Positions 44,168 to 53,216 of a stretch of 64,000 nucleotides of DNA are shown here, one piece after another (within the stretch, counting starts at the first letter, position 1; every line of letters starts with the position of its first letter). The notes beneath the pieces were generated by a model. It made no database searches, was not told the origin of the DNA, and saw only the letters and a list, made by a program, of their open reading frames with translations. This DNA comes from Candidatus Falkowbacteria bacterium. Lineage in GTDB: Bacteria > Patescibacteriota > Patescibacteriia > Patescibacteriales > UBA12465. The position numbers and the translations under genes were made by a program. Location: the NCBI GenBank assembly GCA_037137655.1, contig JBAXJX010000001.1, positions 353,188-417,187 of the forward strand. Direction: 5' to 3'.

Positions 44168-44539
44168 CTAGATATGCATGGCATTGATCTCGGCCGCACT
44201 TATAACCGTGATACCATGACTTTTAGCGTAAGCTTCGACTTTTTTAATATAAGCGTTGCGAATAGTTGCGCTATAATCAAAGCTTGAGAACCTATTGATA
44301 ATCTTTAAAGCGGAGGCGTCCCACTTTAATGATGTTTTAGCACTAGAGCTTGAAGTAGTTTTCTTGGCAACTTTCTTAACAACTTTTTTCACAGTCTTTT
44401 TCTTAACAACTTTTTTAGCTTTAACAACAGTTTTTACCGTCTTTGCGGTGCCTGCCGTTGTCGCCGCACTAACCGGGGCAATGCCAATAAAAAAGCTAAG
44501 AAGCAAAATTAAAGTAAGTCCTGATATAATTTTTTTCAT
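44168..44539 (-). CDS. Secreted Lys-rich protein, unknown function
   Basis: Signal peptide ..APVSA|A, then VKTVVKAKKVVKKKTVKKVVKKVAKKT, then a small folded-looking C-terminus. Confidence 0.5.
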   Translation of the reverse strand: MKKIISGLTLILLLSFFIGIAPVSAATTAGTAKTVKTVVKAKKVVKKKTVKKVVKKVAKKTTSSSSAKTSLKWDASALKIINRFSSFDYSATIRNAYIKKVEAYAKSHGITVISAAEINAMHI

Positions 44540-44566
44540 AGAATATTGGCAATTATTATTTATTTA

Positions 44567-45055
44567 TTATTTTGCAGTTGATGTTGCAGCGTCAGCTGTT
44601 GTTACAGCAGCAGCTTTAGCGGCTTTCAAATCAGTCATAGCACTAGCGTAGGCTGTTTTTCTAGTTGCTTTAGCAGCAGCAGTTGCATCTTTACGAGCTT
44701 TTAGGGCAGCAGCTTTAGCTACTTTGTCTTTTCCAGCAACTTTAACAGCAGCAGCATATGTAGTGTTAGCATCTTTTACGCTAGCCTTGTAAGCAGTGTT
44801 AGCTGATTTAATAGCGGCAGCATAAGCTTGGTTGGCGCTTTTAACAGCGGCTGTATTTACATTAGTTTTTTTAACAGTTTTAACGATATTTTTTTTAACA
44901 ACTTCTTTTTTAACAACTTCTTTTTTAACAGTTCTAACAACAAGCTTAGGGTTATAAGATGTTACAACACCAGTACTGGTTTCAGCTGCCATGGCTGGAG
45001 AAGCAGCAATCGCTACTAAAGCTAAGCTCATAATCAATAAATTTACTTTTTTCAT
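44567..45055 (-). CDS. Secreted Ala/Lys-rich repeat protein, unknown function
   Basis: Signal peptide ..SPAMA|A. VKKEVVKKEVVKKNIVKTVKK, then 11-residue repeats. Confidence 0.5.
   Translation of the reverse strand: MKKVNLLIMSLALVAIAASPAMAAETSTGVVTSYNPKLVVRTVKKEVVKKEVVKKNIVKTVKKTNVNTAAVKSANQAYAAAIKSANTAYKASVKDANTTYAAAVKVAGKDKVAKAAALKARKDATAAAKATRKTAYASAMTDLKAAKAAAVTTADAATSTAK
44747..44845 (-). repeat. Three tandem 33-nt (11-residue) coding repeats
   Basis: VKSANQAYAAA / IKSANTAYKAS / VKDANTTYAAA. Confidence 0.7.
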
Positions 45056-45068
45056 AATCTTTTTTTAA

Positions 45069-45449
45069 TTAATAAATATTAAATAGTTGACGACGATAAC
45101 GACGCGCAATTTTTACGGCATACATTAACAATCCCAAATTAATAAACCAGAGTGCCATCTCGATTATTGGTAAAACCTCATTTAGACCACTAAAGAGATT
45201 AAATACGTAATCAAGACTAAAATCAAAATCACTTATCAGGGCTTTCACCACTGTTAGCGCTTCGGTTTCAGCAATCTGGCCATAAACATGAAGACTTAGG
45301 AACACAAAAACAAAAGATAGGGCGAAGAAAGTTACTAGTAAATAAAATCTAAATTTTATAACCAATAACTGCTTTTTAATCCTCAGCCTTAAATCAGTCG
45401 GAATCTCTTCCGCTGGAACATTTTTAAGTTGTTCTAATAATTTATCCAT
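45069..45449 (-). CDS. Membrane protein downstream of the ECF sigma factor (candidate anti-sigma)
   Basis: Called by position only. About 35-aa cytoplasmic N-terminus, then 2 TM helices. No HxxxCxxC motif. Confidence 0.35.
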   Translation of the reverse strand: MDKLLEQLKNVPAEEIPTDLRLRIKKQLLVIKFRFYLLVTFFALSFVFVFLSLHVYGQIAETEALTVVKALISDFDFSLDYVFNLFSGLNEVLPIIEMALWFINLGLLMYAVKIARRYRRQLFNIY

Positions 45450-45471
45450 ACATTTATTACCGTCTACGATT

Positions 45472-46014
45472 TTAATTGATTTTTTTCAATAACTCGGCCT
45501 TGGCGCGAGAAATATTGGTTTTAACCGTATTAAGCGGTATTTGTAAGATTTCACTAATTTCAACATAGCTAAAGCCTTGTTGATAATAAAGCCTGATAAC
45601 ACTCTCGTGACCCGACTTTAAGGATTTTAAAGCATTCTCCAAATCTAAATTGTTAATCTGCTCTATACTGTAATACGACAAGGAGAGTTCATTTGTTTCA
45701 AACTCAGCCGCTTCATCAATTTCTTGGGTTTTAGGTAGTCTTTTTTGCTTCTTTAACCAATCGTAAGCCGTATTCGTGGCAATCTTATATAACCAAGCAC
45801 GGAAATTTTTATCAGTATCTATTTTACTCCGGTTTTTATAAACCTTAATGAAAGTGTCTTGCGTCAAATCAAGAGCGTCATCAGAGTTACCAAGCAAACG
45901 ATAAAGATGATTATAAATTGCCGCCTGGTAAAAACTAACCATAGCATCAAAAGCTTTTAGGCTTCCCCGCTTAGCCGCAACAATTAAATTTTCATCAAAC
46001 ACCTGGGCTTCCAT
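45472..46014 (-). CDS. ECF-type RNA polymerase sigma factor (sigma-70 family)
   Basis: Region 2 (DALDLTQDTFIKVYKN..FRAWLYKIATNTAYDWLKK) and region 4 (VIRLYYQQGFSYVEISEILQIPLNTVKTNISRAK). Confidence 0.9.
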   Translation of the reverse strand: MEAQVFDENLIVAAKRGSLKAFDAMVSFYQAAIYNHLYRLLGNSDDALDLTQDTFIKVYKNRSKIDTDKNFRAWLYKIATNTAYDWLKKQKRLPKTQEIDEAAEFETNELSLSYYSIEQINNLDLENALKSLKSGHESVIRLYYQQGFSYVEISEILQIPLNTVKTNISRAKAELLKKIN

Positions 46015-46043
46015 TCTATTTCGAGGTATTAATTTTTAAACGA

Positions 46044-46394
46044 TTAAATTTTTTCAAATTTCACACTTAAAATTGGACCGTATTTATTATTTTTTTCATC
46101 CGTAATCTCAATCTTCTCACCCTTAATAATTTGGGATAAGGCCATATTGCTAAGCATTTCTTTATCTGAGGCAATGTAAGTTTTTATTTCATCAATTTTA
46201 TCAAATTCTTCTTTTAAATCTGACTCTAGAACTGATTGGATTTTCTTTTTTTTCTCCTTAAGTTCTTTTAATTCCTCTAGGACTAATTGGTATTCTTGAG
46301 AATTAATCAAAACGCTTTTGTGAATGTCTTTTAAGATCTTTTGTTCACCTTGTTTTTCTCGAATACGATTAAAAATGTCTTGCACTTCTGCCAT
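46044..46394 (-). CDS. Small coiled-coil protein, unknown function
   Basis: 116-aa Glu/Lys-rich ORF between the kinase and sigma genes. Confidence 0.4.
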   Translation of the reverse strand: MAEVQDIFNRIREKQGEQKILKDIHKSVLINSQEYQLVLEELKELKEKKKKIQSVLESDLKEEFDKIDEIKTYIASDKEMLSNMALSQIIKGEKIEITDEKNNKYGPILSVKFEKI

Positions 46395-46462
46395 AATTTT
46401 ATGATAAAATTTTATTATAAGAGAAGAATATTATAGCATCTTGTAGCGCTAATTACAAAGGC

Positions 46463-48880
46463 TTATTTTTGGTCTTTTTTTAGCGCTATTACCGTCTTAC
46501 CAGAACTAAGCGGTAAATTAATGAAGAAGGTTGTACCGATACTCTCGGTTGATTCAAACCAAATTTTACCACCCAAACGCTCAACAATAGCCTTGACTAT
46601 ATATAGCCCCAGACCGTTGCCGTCAGTGAAAAAAAGTTTGGCATTATTAGAACGAAAAAGCTTATTAAAAACCATGTCATGATCAGTACTTGGAATACCA
46701 ATTCCCTCATCTTTAACAACTATGACGATATTTTTTTCAGCTTCATTTAAACTTATTGATAAATCAACTTTTTTGCCAGCTGGTGTGTAATTGGTAGCAT
46801 TTGATAAAAGATTTTGAAAAACCATGCGCACTTGATCAGGGTCAGCCTTGATCATTGGGATATTATCGGCAATATTTTCCTTAAACTTTATTTTTTTATC
46901 TTGCATGATCATTTTTTGCTCCTCGATCACGTTACGAGCCAGTGCTGCCAAATCAACATCTTTTGGTTTATTTACAAAAGTGCCCATGTCTAGGCGTGAG
47001 ACATTAAGAATAGAATTAACTAAAATAATCATGCGCTTATTACTGCTGCGAATATCATCTAAGTATTCAATTTGTTCAGGATTTAATTCACCAACCTGTT
47101 TACTAATTAACATTTCCGTAAATAAACTAATGGCTGATAATGGAGTGCGCAATTGATGGGAAATCAAAGAGACAAACTCATCTTTAGAGTTCTCTAGTTG
47201 CTTGGCCTTGGTAATGTCACGTTCCACGCCAACAAAATAAACTATTTCATTTTTTTTATTAAACACCGGAGAAACAGTAAAGGCGACCGTATAAATTTCA
47301 CCATTCTTACGACGATTTTGTAACTCGCCAGAAAGAACCTTTTTATCTGTTTTTATAACTTTCCAAAAATTTTGATAAAACTCTAGTGGCATCGGAAGCT
47401 TCCATAAAACAGCTGCTTTTTTACCAACCGCCTCTTCAACTTTATAACCAGTCATTTGTTCAGCCATTTTATTAGCATAAATCACAATACCGTCCGGGTC
47501 GGTGATAACGATATGATCAGAAGACCCTTCCACAGCTAGACGGAATTTCTCCAAATCATTAGCCATAACTTCAGCCTTACGTCTTTCAATATCCATATCA
47601 CCCAACAAGGAAATAAGAGCTCTTTTTTGTTTATCAAGCTCCACGCTCTTTTCAGCTGATTCCGCGGCTTTATCACTAACCTTTTTATCCATCACACCAC
47701 TCCAGTCTTTCAATTTTTGTGCAGTTGTTAAAAAAGATTTAGACAAAGAATTTAATTCATCTTGCGCCTTAATAGTTTTATCATCAAAAGAAATATCAAA
47801 ATTACCAGCACTAATTTTTTCCAAAGCACTGTTAAATTTAGGAATTGGACGATAAATTAAATCAGCCAGTAGACGCGCTAAAAAAATAATTACAATAACG
47901 CTCAAAAAAATCTCAAAAATAGTTTCCCACAAAACTGCTTGAGCATTCGCAGTTATTTCACTCTTATCGATTTTTACAACTACACCCCAATTATTTTCCG
48001 GCAAATAACGCCATGATGACAAAACTTCTTTACCTCGATAATCAGCGGCCTGGCCATAACCCGAATTTCCACGAGCCGCTAGTTGGACTGGATCAGTGCC
48101 GGAATTTCCTAAAATTAAACGATTAAACGCCGCTTTAGGATCAAACCGAAGTGGATTCAAAAACATAGCCGCATCACCATTCTTGTTGTAAATATATCTA
48201 CTGTCGGTAGTTTTTGCGGTGGAGTCAACTAATTTAACCAAGTCAACTTCCAATGTAGCATAAGTTAAATAATCATTATTATTAGAATTATATATAGATG
48301 AGGCACTAACCTCAATCATTATAACGCCCAAAAAATCTCCGCTACTTTCGTATACTGGAGCACTAACCAAGAATTCTCCGCCTTTATCGCCAGGATAAAT
48401 ATCGCCATAATAAACTCCAGCCTGGCCGTTTCTAAAGGCAGTTGAACCAAAGCTGTAAAAATTATCACTAATAGCTCGATGTAATAATTGTTTATTGAGG
48501 TCGTAAACAATTACACCGTCAGAATTAACAAAAAAAATATTATTTGTTCCGTGATACTGTCCGGCCAATGATTTAAATTGCGAATCCAAATAAAGTAATG
48601 ACTTGTCGTATTCTGGACTACCAGGCTTATTACCGGTATCTGAAATTATTGCTAGATTTGATTTAATATAGTCATTATCTTTAATACCAATCTCACCATG
48701 AAAGATGTTAAGATTTAACTGAATATTATTAACCTCATTACTTAAAATTGTATCCAAAAAAGATCTATCTTTATTAGCTAGTAATTGCTGACCACTAAAA
48801 TAAGCCAAAGCCATTAATAAAATCAATGGTACTAAAGCAAGTAATAAATAGGTAAAGAAAATCTTTCTTTTAAACTTCAT
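46463..48880 (-). CDS. Sensor histidine kinase (dCache-like periplasmic domain, HAMP, PAS, HisKA, HATPase_c)
   Basis: TM1, about 290-aa external domain, TM2, HAMP (PIPKFNSALEKISAGNFD). The PAS region is paralogous to the 41.3 kb kinase. H-box SLISHQLRTPL. GNGLGL. Confidence 0.9.
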   Translation of the reverse strand: MKFKRKIFFTYLLLALVPLILLMALAYFSGQQLLANKDRSFLDTILSNEVNNIQLNLNIFHGEIGIKDNDYIKSNLAIISDTGNKPGSPEYDKSLLYLDSQFKSLAGQYHGTNNIFFVNSDGVIVYDLNKQLLHRAISDNFYSFGSTAFRNGQAGVYYGDIYPGDKGGEFLVSAPVYESSGDFLGVIMIEVSASSIYNSNNNDYLTYATLEVDLVKLVDSTAKTTDSRYIYNKNGDAAMFLNPLRFDPKAAFNRLILGNSGTDPVQLAARGNSGYGQAADYRGKEVLSSWRYLPENNWGVVVKIDKSEITANAQAVLWETIFEIFLSVIVIIFLARLLADLIYRPIPKFNSALEKISAGNFDISFDDKTIKAQDELNSLSKSFLTTAQKLKDWSGVMDKKVSDKAAESAEKSVELDKQKRALISLLGDMDIERRKAEVMANDLEKFRLAVEGSSDHIVITDPDGIVIYANKMAEQMTGYKVEEAVGKKAAVLWKLPMPLEFYQNFWKVIKTDKKVLSGELQNRRKNGEIYTVAFTVSPVFNKKNEIVYFVGVERDITKAKQLENSKDEFVSLISHQLRTPLSAISLFTEMLISKQVGELNPEQIEYLDDIRSSNKRMIILVNSILNVSRLDMGTFVNKPKDVDLAALARNVIEEQKMIMQDKKIKFKENIADNIPMIKADPDQVRMVFQNLLSNATNYTPAGKKVDLSISLNEAEKNIVIVVKDEGIGIPSTDHDMVFNKLFRSNNAKLFFTDGNGLGLYIVKAIVERLGGKIWFESTESIGTTFFINLPLSSGKTVIALKKDQK

Positions 48881-48887
48881 ATTTTAA

Positions 48888-49916
48888 TTAAACCTTAGAC
48901 TTTCCGTTCTTCTTATTATTAACGACGTCCTTCGATTCGATTATTCTTAGTTCCCTATCAATCATTATTTTATTAAGTTTCTCTAAGTCAGTATTTTTAT
49001 CCTTAAGTGCGACAATAGCTTGACCACTCTCAACTAATTCTCGACTAATTCTAGTATTATCAGCCACCAATCTATTTATTTTCTCCTTAAAATCATCAAT
49101 TTCCTTTTGATGTGAATCATTTGTCTCCTCTTTGGAGATGCGAAGAGTTTCAACCATACTGTTAAAATTCTTGGCCAAGTCACTCATTTCATCTTTACCT
49201 GATTTAATATCAGCCTTAACACTAAAGTCACCAGCACTAACCTTCATTGCCAAATCATTAAGCATGGCAATTGGTTTTGATAAATTTAAATAAAAAGGAA
49301 TACACAAAAAAATCATGATAATAAAGACTGCCAAAAATGACATGGCAATTTCGCGATACGCTCCAAACAATTGATTATTTAAAGAATCAAAAGAAAATAT
49401 ATAACGCATTACTAGAACGTGCCCACCAGAAATTTCTTTAATCGGCACAAAATACTCTAACACTTTTTGACCCATAAAATCAGACTCATGATAAGATGAT
49501 TCTTCGTTGGTAAGCGCATTGAGAGAGGCTGCATCACTGACCGACCGAACAACATCGCCCGTATATCGCCCAGAACTCAACTCATTGGAGTCAAACAATA
49601 TCCGACCATTAACTGATATTAAAGAGGCATTAATAATATCTTTATTGGTGGCAAATTTTGCTTCCAAACGATCTTTGAAAAATTGAAAATCCTGTTCATC
49701 GGGCTGGGCGTAAAAAGTAATATAATCCTGGTAAATTGACTGGGCACTAAACTCAGAAAATATTTTACCCCGCGTCACAATATCATTATAGAATTCATTG
49801 CGCTGACTGATTAATGAAACCGATGAGAATATCAATAAAGATAAAAATATCAAGATAACCCCAAAGAAACCAATTTTTACAGCCAAACTATTATAATTTA
49901 TTTTAAATTTTTCCAT
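48888..49916 (-). CDS. HAMP-domain membrane protein without an enzymatic output
   Basis: TM1, about 170-aa external domain, TM2, HAMP (KPIAMLNDLAMKVSAGDFSVKADIKSGKDEMSDLAKNFNSMVETL), coiled-coil tail. No H-box or ATPase. Confidence 0.7.
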   Translation of the reverse strand: MEKFKINYNSLAVKIGFFGVILIFLSLLIFSSVSLISQRNEFYNDIVTRGKIFSEFSAQSIYQDYITFYAQPDEQDFQFFKDRLEAKFATNKDIINASLISVNGRILFDSNELSSGRYTGDVVRSVSDAASLNALTNEESSYHESDFMGQKVLEYFVPIKEISGGHVLVMRYIFSFDSLNNQLFGAYREIAMSFLAVFIIMIFLCIPFYLNLSKPIAMLNDLAMKVSAGDFSVKADIKSGKDEMSDLAKNFNSMVETLRISKEETNDSHQKEIDDFKEKINRLVADNTRISRELVESGQAIVALKDKNTDLEKLNKIMIDRELRIIESKDVVNNKKNGKSKV

Positions 49917-49946
49917 ACTTATTACTTATTATTTAATAATAAAATA

Positions 49947-51344
49947 TTATTTTTTATTATTACTATCCAAAATTAATTGAACTCTGGACGCAGCATCATC
50001 TAGGGCTTGCTTAACATCCTTACCAACCCAAGCCGCTTGAATTTGTTCCATTAAAGTTGCTTTAATTTTAGCTGCCTGTAAAACATTTGGTTCTGGAGTT
50101 GAAGAACTAAGTTGGGCAATGAACGGAGCTTTAAATGTATTACTAACCAACACATCCTTATTAGCACTAGAAACTAAATCAACTTTACGATCCGGAATTG
50201 CTTTAATAGTTCTGGCTAATAAATCACCATAACGCGTAGTGCCACTTGGTTGAACATCTTCCGTAAACCAACGTAAGAAATCCCAAGCCGCTTTTTTGTT
50301 TTTAGATTTATTCATAACACCAACGAACCAGCTGTATTGTAATGAATTTGGTTTAGAAAAATATGGCACCGAAGTTACACCAACCTCTTGATCAAATCTA
50401 GTACCCATTTGATCTCTAAAAGTACCTTCTGTCCACGGAGCCACAAAAGCCATGGCAGCTTTATCATTGCTAAAATCCCAAACATTAGAATTGGCGTCGG
50501 TATAACCTTTTTTGAAAAGATCAACAATTGAAGTTAACACCTCAACACCTTTAGCGTCATTAAACATCGGCTTGCTATTATCAGCTGACAAATAGCTACC
50601 ACCATTACTAAATAATAATGATAGAAATGGATCAACCACGGCCCAATCAACACCTTTTGTAAAAGCAAAACCATATTTAATAATATTTCCTTTAGTATCT
50701 TTTTTGGTAATCTTTTTTGCGGCCGCAACCACATCATCCCAAGTTTTTGGCGCCAAAGCATTACCATCAGCGTCAACAATGCCAGCGTCCTTGAACATCT
50801 TTTTATTATAAATCAAAGAATAATCATTAACTTCGCCCGGGATACCCCAAACATTTCCATCAATCACCACACCAGATTTAGAAACATAATTAGCTTCCAC
50901 ATCAGCTTTAATATCTTTTGGTGGAACATCAAGCAAACCCTCTTTAGCATAAGAAACTCCCCAAGGAGAATAGATTTGAAAAATATCCGGAGCCTGATCG
51001 ATATCGTTTAGTAATTTTATCTTAGCTTCATAATCAGCGTAAGGCACAGTCAAAACGCTAATATCCACATTTGGATGAAGTGTCATGTATTCATCAAGAT
51101 ATTGTTTAAATCCCTTTTCCTTTAACACGCCATTTTCATAAACACCTTCTAGTTGATATTTTTCCGTCCAATGGGCAGCGTAAACTAATTTTATTTTATC
51201 ACCGTTTGTCACCGGACTAACAACTGGGTTGTTATTTTTTGGAAGACTAGAGATTTCCGGTTTTGTTTTTATAAATAAAACGATAAACACGGCCACTAGC
51301 ATAAGCAATATGGTCGCTGTTAACAGAACAAGCTTTTTGTTCAT
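49947..51344 (-). CDS. Extracellular solute-binding protein (ABC family-1/sugar type), TM-anchored, with no transporter partners nearby
   Basis: N-terminal anchor. Motifs DIFQIYSPWG, WGIPGEVNDYSLIYNKKMFKDAGI, PKTWDDVVAAAKK are typical of sugar SBPs. Confidence 0.8.
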   Translation of the reverse strand: MNKKLVLLTATILLMLVAVFIVLFIKTKPEISSLPKNNNPVVSPVTNGDKIKLVYAAHWTEKYQLEGVYENGVLKEKGFKQYLDEYMTLHPNVDISVLTVPYADYEAKIKLLNDIDQAPDIFQIYSPWGVSYAKEGLLDVPPKDIKADVEANYVSKSGVVIDGNVWGIPGEVNDYSLIYNKKMFKDAGIVDADGNALAPKTWDDVVAAAKKITKKDTKGNIIKYGFAFTKGVDWAVVDPFLSLLFSNGGSYLSADNSKPMFNDAKGVEVLTSIVDLFKKGYTDANSNVWDFSNDKAAMAFVAPWTEGTFRDQMGTRFDQEVGVTSVPYFSKPNSLQYSWFVGVMNKSKNKKAAWDFLRWFTEDVQPSGTTRYGDLLARTIKAIPDRKVDLVSSANKDVLVSNTFKAPFIAQLSSSTPEPNVLQAAKIKATLMEQIQAAWVGKDVKQALDDAASRVQLILDSNNKK

Positions 51345-51479
51345 ATTATTGAGTTCGAATAATTAAACAAATTTAAAATTAAATTTTTTAATTTTAATTA
51401 TTCTTTTAAAAAATATCTTTCACTTATTATATCATTTTATGAAACTTTGGGCAAAAAAATAACAGCAACAATATTGAAC

Positions 51480-52109
51480 TTATATAATATTTCTAATTTT
51501 CATTTCGAAGAAACAACGCGAACAAGCTAAAACATCCGCCAAGGCGTCATGAGCATTGGCAAAATCTTCGTTAAACAGTTGTCGATACAACTCCGCTAAC
51601 TTAGGAAATTTTCTATTTGGCAAATTACAAAAAGCAATACTACTTTTCATAGTACAAATTCTGGTCAGATTTAAAAAATTAGTATCCAAGCTAGCGCGCA
51701 AAAATTCCGCCGCCATCACACTAATATCAAAGCTGATATTATGCGCGACTAAAGTCACGTTATTATTTTGAAGTGACGCATTAAATTGGGCTAGAGCCTC
51801 ATGCACCGGAATACCAAATTCATTAGCCTTAGCATCGGTAATGCCGTGGACTGCGGATGAAGCTGCTGGAATAGTAAAACCATCCGGCTTGATAATAAAA
51901 GTTTTTTCTTCAATAATATTTTTATTTTCATCCGCCAATACCCAGGCTAATTGCACAACGCGCGGCCAGTTATCAAGATCTTCGTATGAGGCATTATAGT
52001 TCTTTGGTAAACCAGTTGTTTCTGTATCAAAAAACAAATAAAACTTAGGGGGTCGCTCAAACAAACTTCCCTGTTGCCAATTTTTACTATCATCTTTAAT
52101 TTCATTCAT
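51480..52109 (-). CDS. DEDDh 3'-5' exonuclease (DnaQ-like)
   Basis: Exo I FFDTETTGLP, Exo II LVAHNISFDISV, Exo III HDALADV. Confidence 0.85.
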   Translation of the reverse strand: MNEIKDDSKNWQQGSLFERPPKFYLFFDTETTGLPKNYNASYEDLDNWPRVVQLAWVLADENKNIIEEKTFIIKPDGFTIPAASSAVHGITDAKANEFGIPVHEALAQFNASLQNNNVTLVAHNISFDISVMAAEFLRASLDTNFLNLTRICTMKSSIAFCNLPNRKFPKLAELYRQLFNEDFANAHDALADVLACSRCFFEMKIRNII

Positions 52110-52151
52110 AGTTTAAATATTTAATTCTTGTCTATCCATATATTTTACCAC

Positions 52152-53198
52152 TTACCATTCTAAACTACCAGTAGAATATTCTTTAACCGTTGATTCAAAA
52201 AAATTACTCTCCGTCATATTACCCTGGGTAAATTCGTCCAACCAAGTAAAGGGGTTTTCCGCATTCCATTGTTTTGGTAAACCTAAAACTTGTAACCGTA
52301 AATCACCAACGAAGTGTAAGTACTGAGTTAGATTATCCTTATTTAAACCAAGGATTCCCTCTTGAATACAAGATAAGCCCCAAGCAAGTTCATGTTCCAC
52401 CGCCCCTTCAATATTGGTTATCACCCGAGCTTTAAATTCTTCAGTCCACAATTCTGGTTGTTCTTTTTTAATAGTATTCACAATTTCCACAAACAGCTTT
52501 AAGTGCATATCCTCATCACGGTTAATAAATTGAATCATCTGGGCACTACCGGGCATTTTATTGTTACGACGCAAAACGTAAAAATTTAAGAAGGCACTAT
52601 AAAAATAAATTCCTTCTAAAATCACATTACCAATGCAAGCCTCTAAAAACATTTGGTCGGTTTCGAAAGTGCCGGTATTAAAACTTTGATCACTAATTTT
52701 ATTAACGGCTTGTAAAACATATTGATTTTTAGAGTAAAGCTCTTTATCTGTTTTATACAAACCATAAACTTCATTTGGTTCAAATCCCAGCGCTTCAATC
52801 ATCGTGGCATAACTGTGCACATGCAAAGCCTCTTCATAGGCCTGGCGCACAATTGCTAATACAACTTCCGGTGAAGTAATTCGATTAACAATATTAGTGG
52901 TTAAATTTCCCGTTTGAATTCCATCTAAATTTGAAACAAAAGCCAAGCTCCGTTTATACACACGACGCTCATTTTCCGTTAGAATTCCAGGTTTATTCCA
53001 TTGCTCAATATCTTCCTGTAAATTAACTTCTTGTGGCACCCAATTATTTTTTAACATCGTTTGAAATATTTCGTTAGCAAACGGATGCTTGAGTGGTGAA
53101 ACTTGCATTAAACCATCGTCTGCCCCATTAATAATTCGACGCTGGTTAATAATTTCCGCGCTCGACAAATCATTCATATTTCCAATTTTTCTTCCCAT
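52152..53198 (-). CDS. nrdB: Ribonucleotide reductase class I beta subunit
   Basis: Di-iron/tyrosyl motifs EEALHVHSYATMIE, ILEGIYFYSAF, RDEDMHL. C-terminal EYSTGSLEW tail. Confidence 0.93.
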   Translation of the reverse strand: MGRKIGNMNDLSSAEIINQRRIINGADDGLMQVSPLKHPFANEIFQTMLKNNWVPQEVNLQEDIEQWNKPGILTENERRVYKRSLAFVSNLDGIQTGNLTTNIVNRITSPEVVLAIVRQAYEEALHVHSYATMIEALGFEPNEVYGLYKTDKELYSKNQYVLQAVNKISDQSFNTGTFETDQMFLEACIGNVILEGIYFYSAFLNFYVLRRNNKMPGSAQMIQFINRDEDMHLKLFVEIVNTIKKEQPELWTEEFKARVITNIEGAVEHELAWGLSCIQEGILGLNKDNLTQYLHFVGDLRLQVLGLPKQWNAENPFTWLDEFTQGNMTESNFFESTVKEYSTGSLEW

Positions 53199-53216
53199 AT
53201 TTTTTATTTTAATTAT

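Noticed and set aside
44295-45019. Plus-strand ORFs 44295-44651 and 44828-45019, opposite the Lys/Ala-rich secreted protein genes.
   Set aside because: Low-complexity mirror translations (Phe/Asn/Leu runs) of AAG/GCN-rich minus-strand genes. The minus-strand genes have signal peptides and proper spacing.
51345-51479. AT-only palindromic sequence (ttaaaatta..taattttaa) upstream of the SBP gene, considered as a regulatory inverted repeat.
   Set aside because: In sequence this AT-rich, such palindromes arise easily. It may be a weak terminator for the exonuclease gene. No second copy elsewhere in the window.
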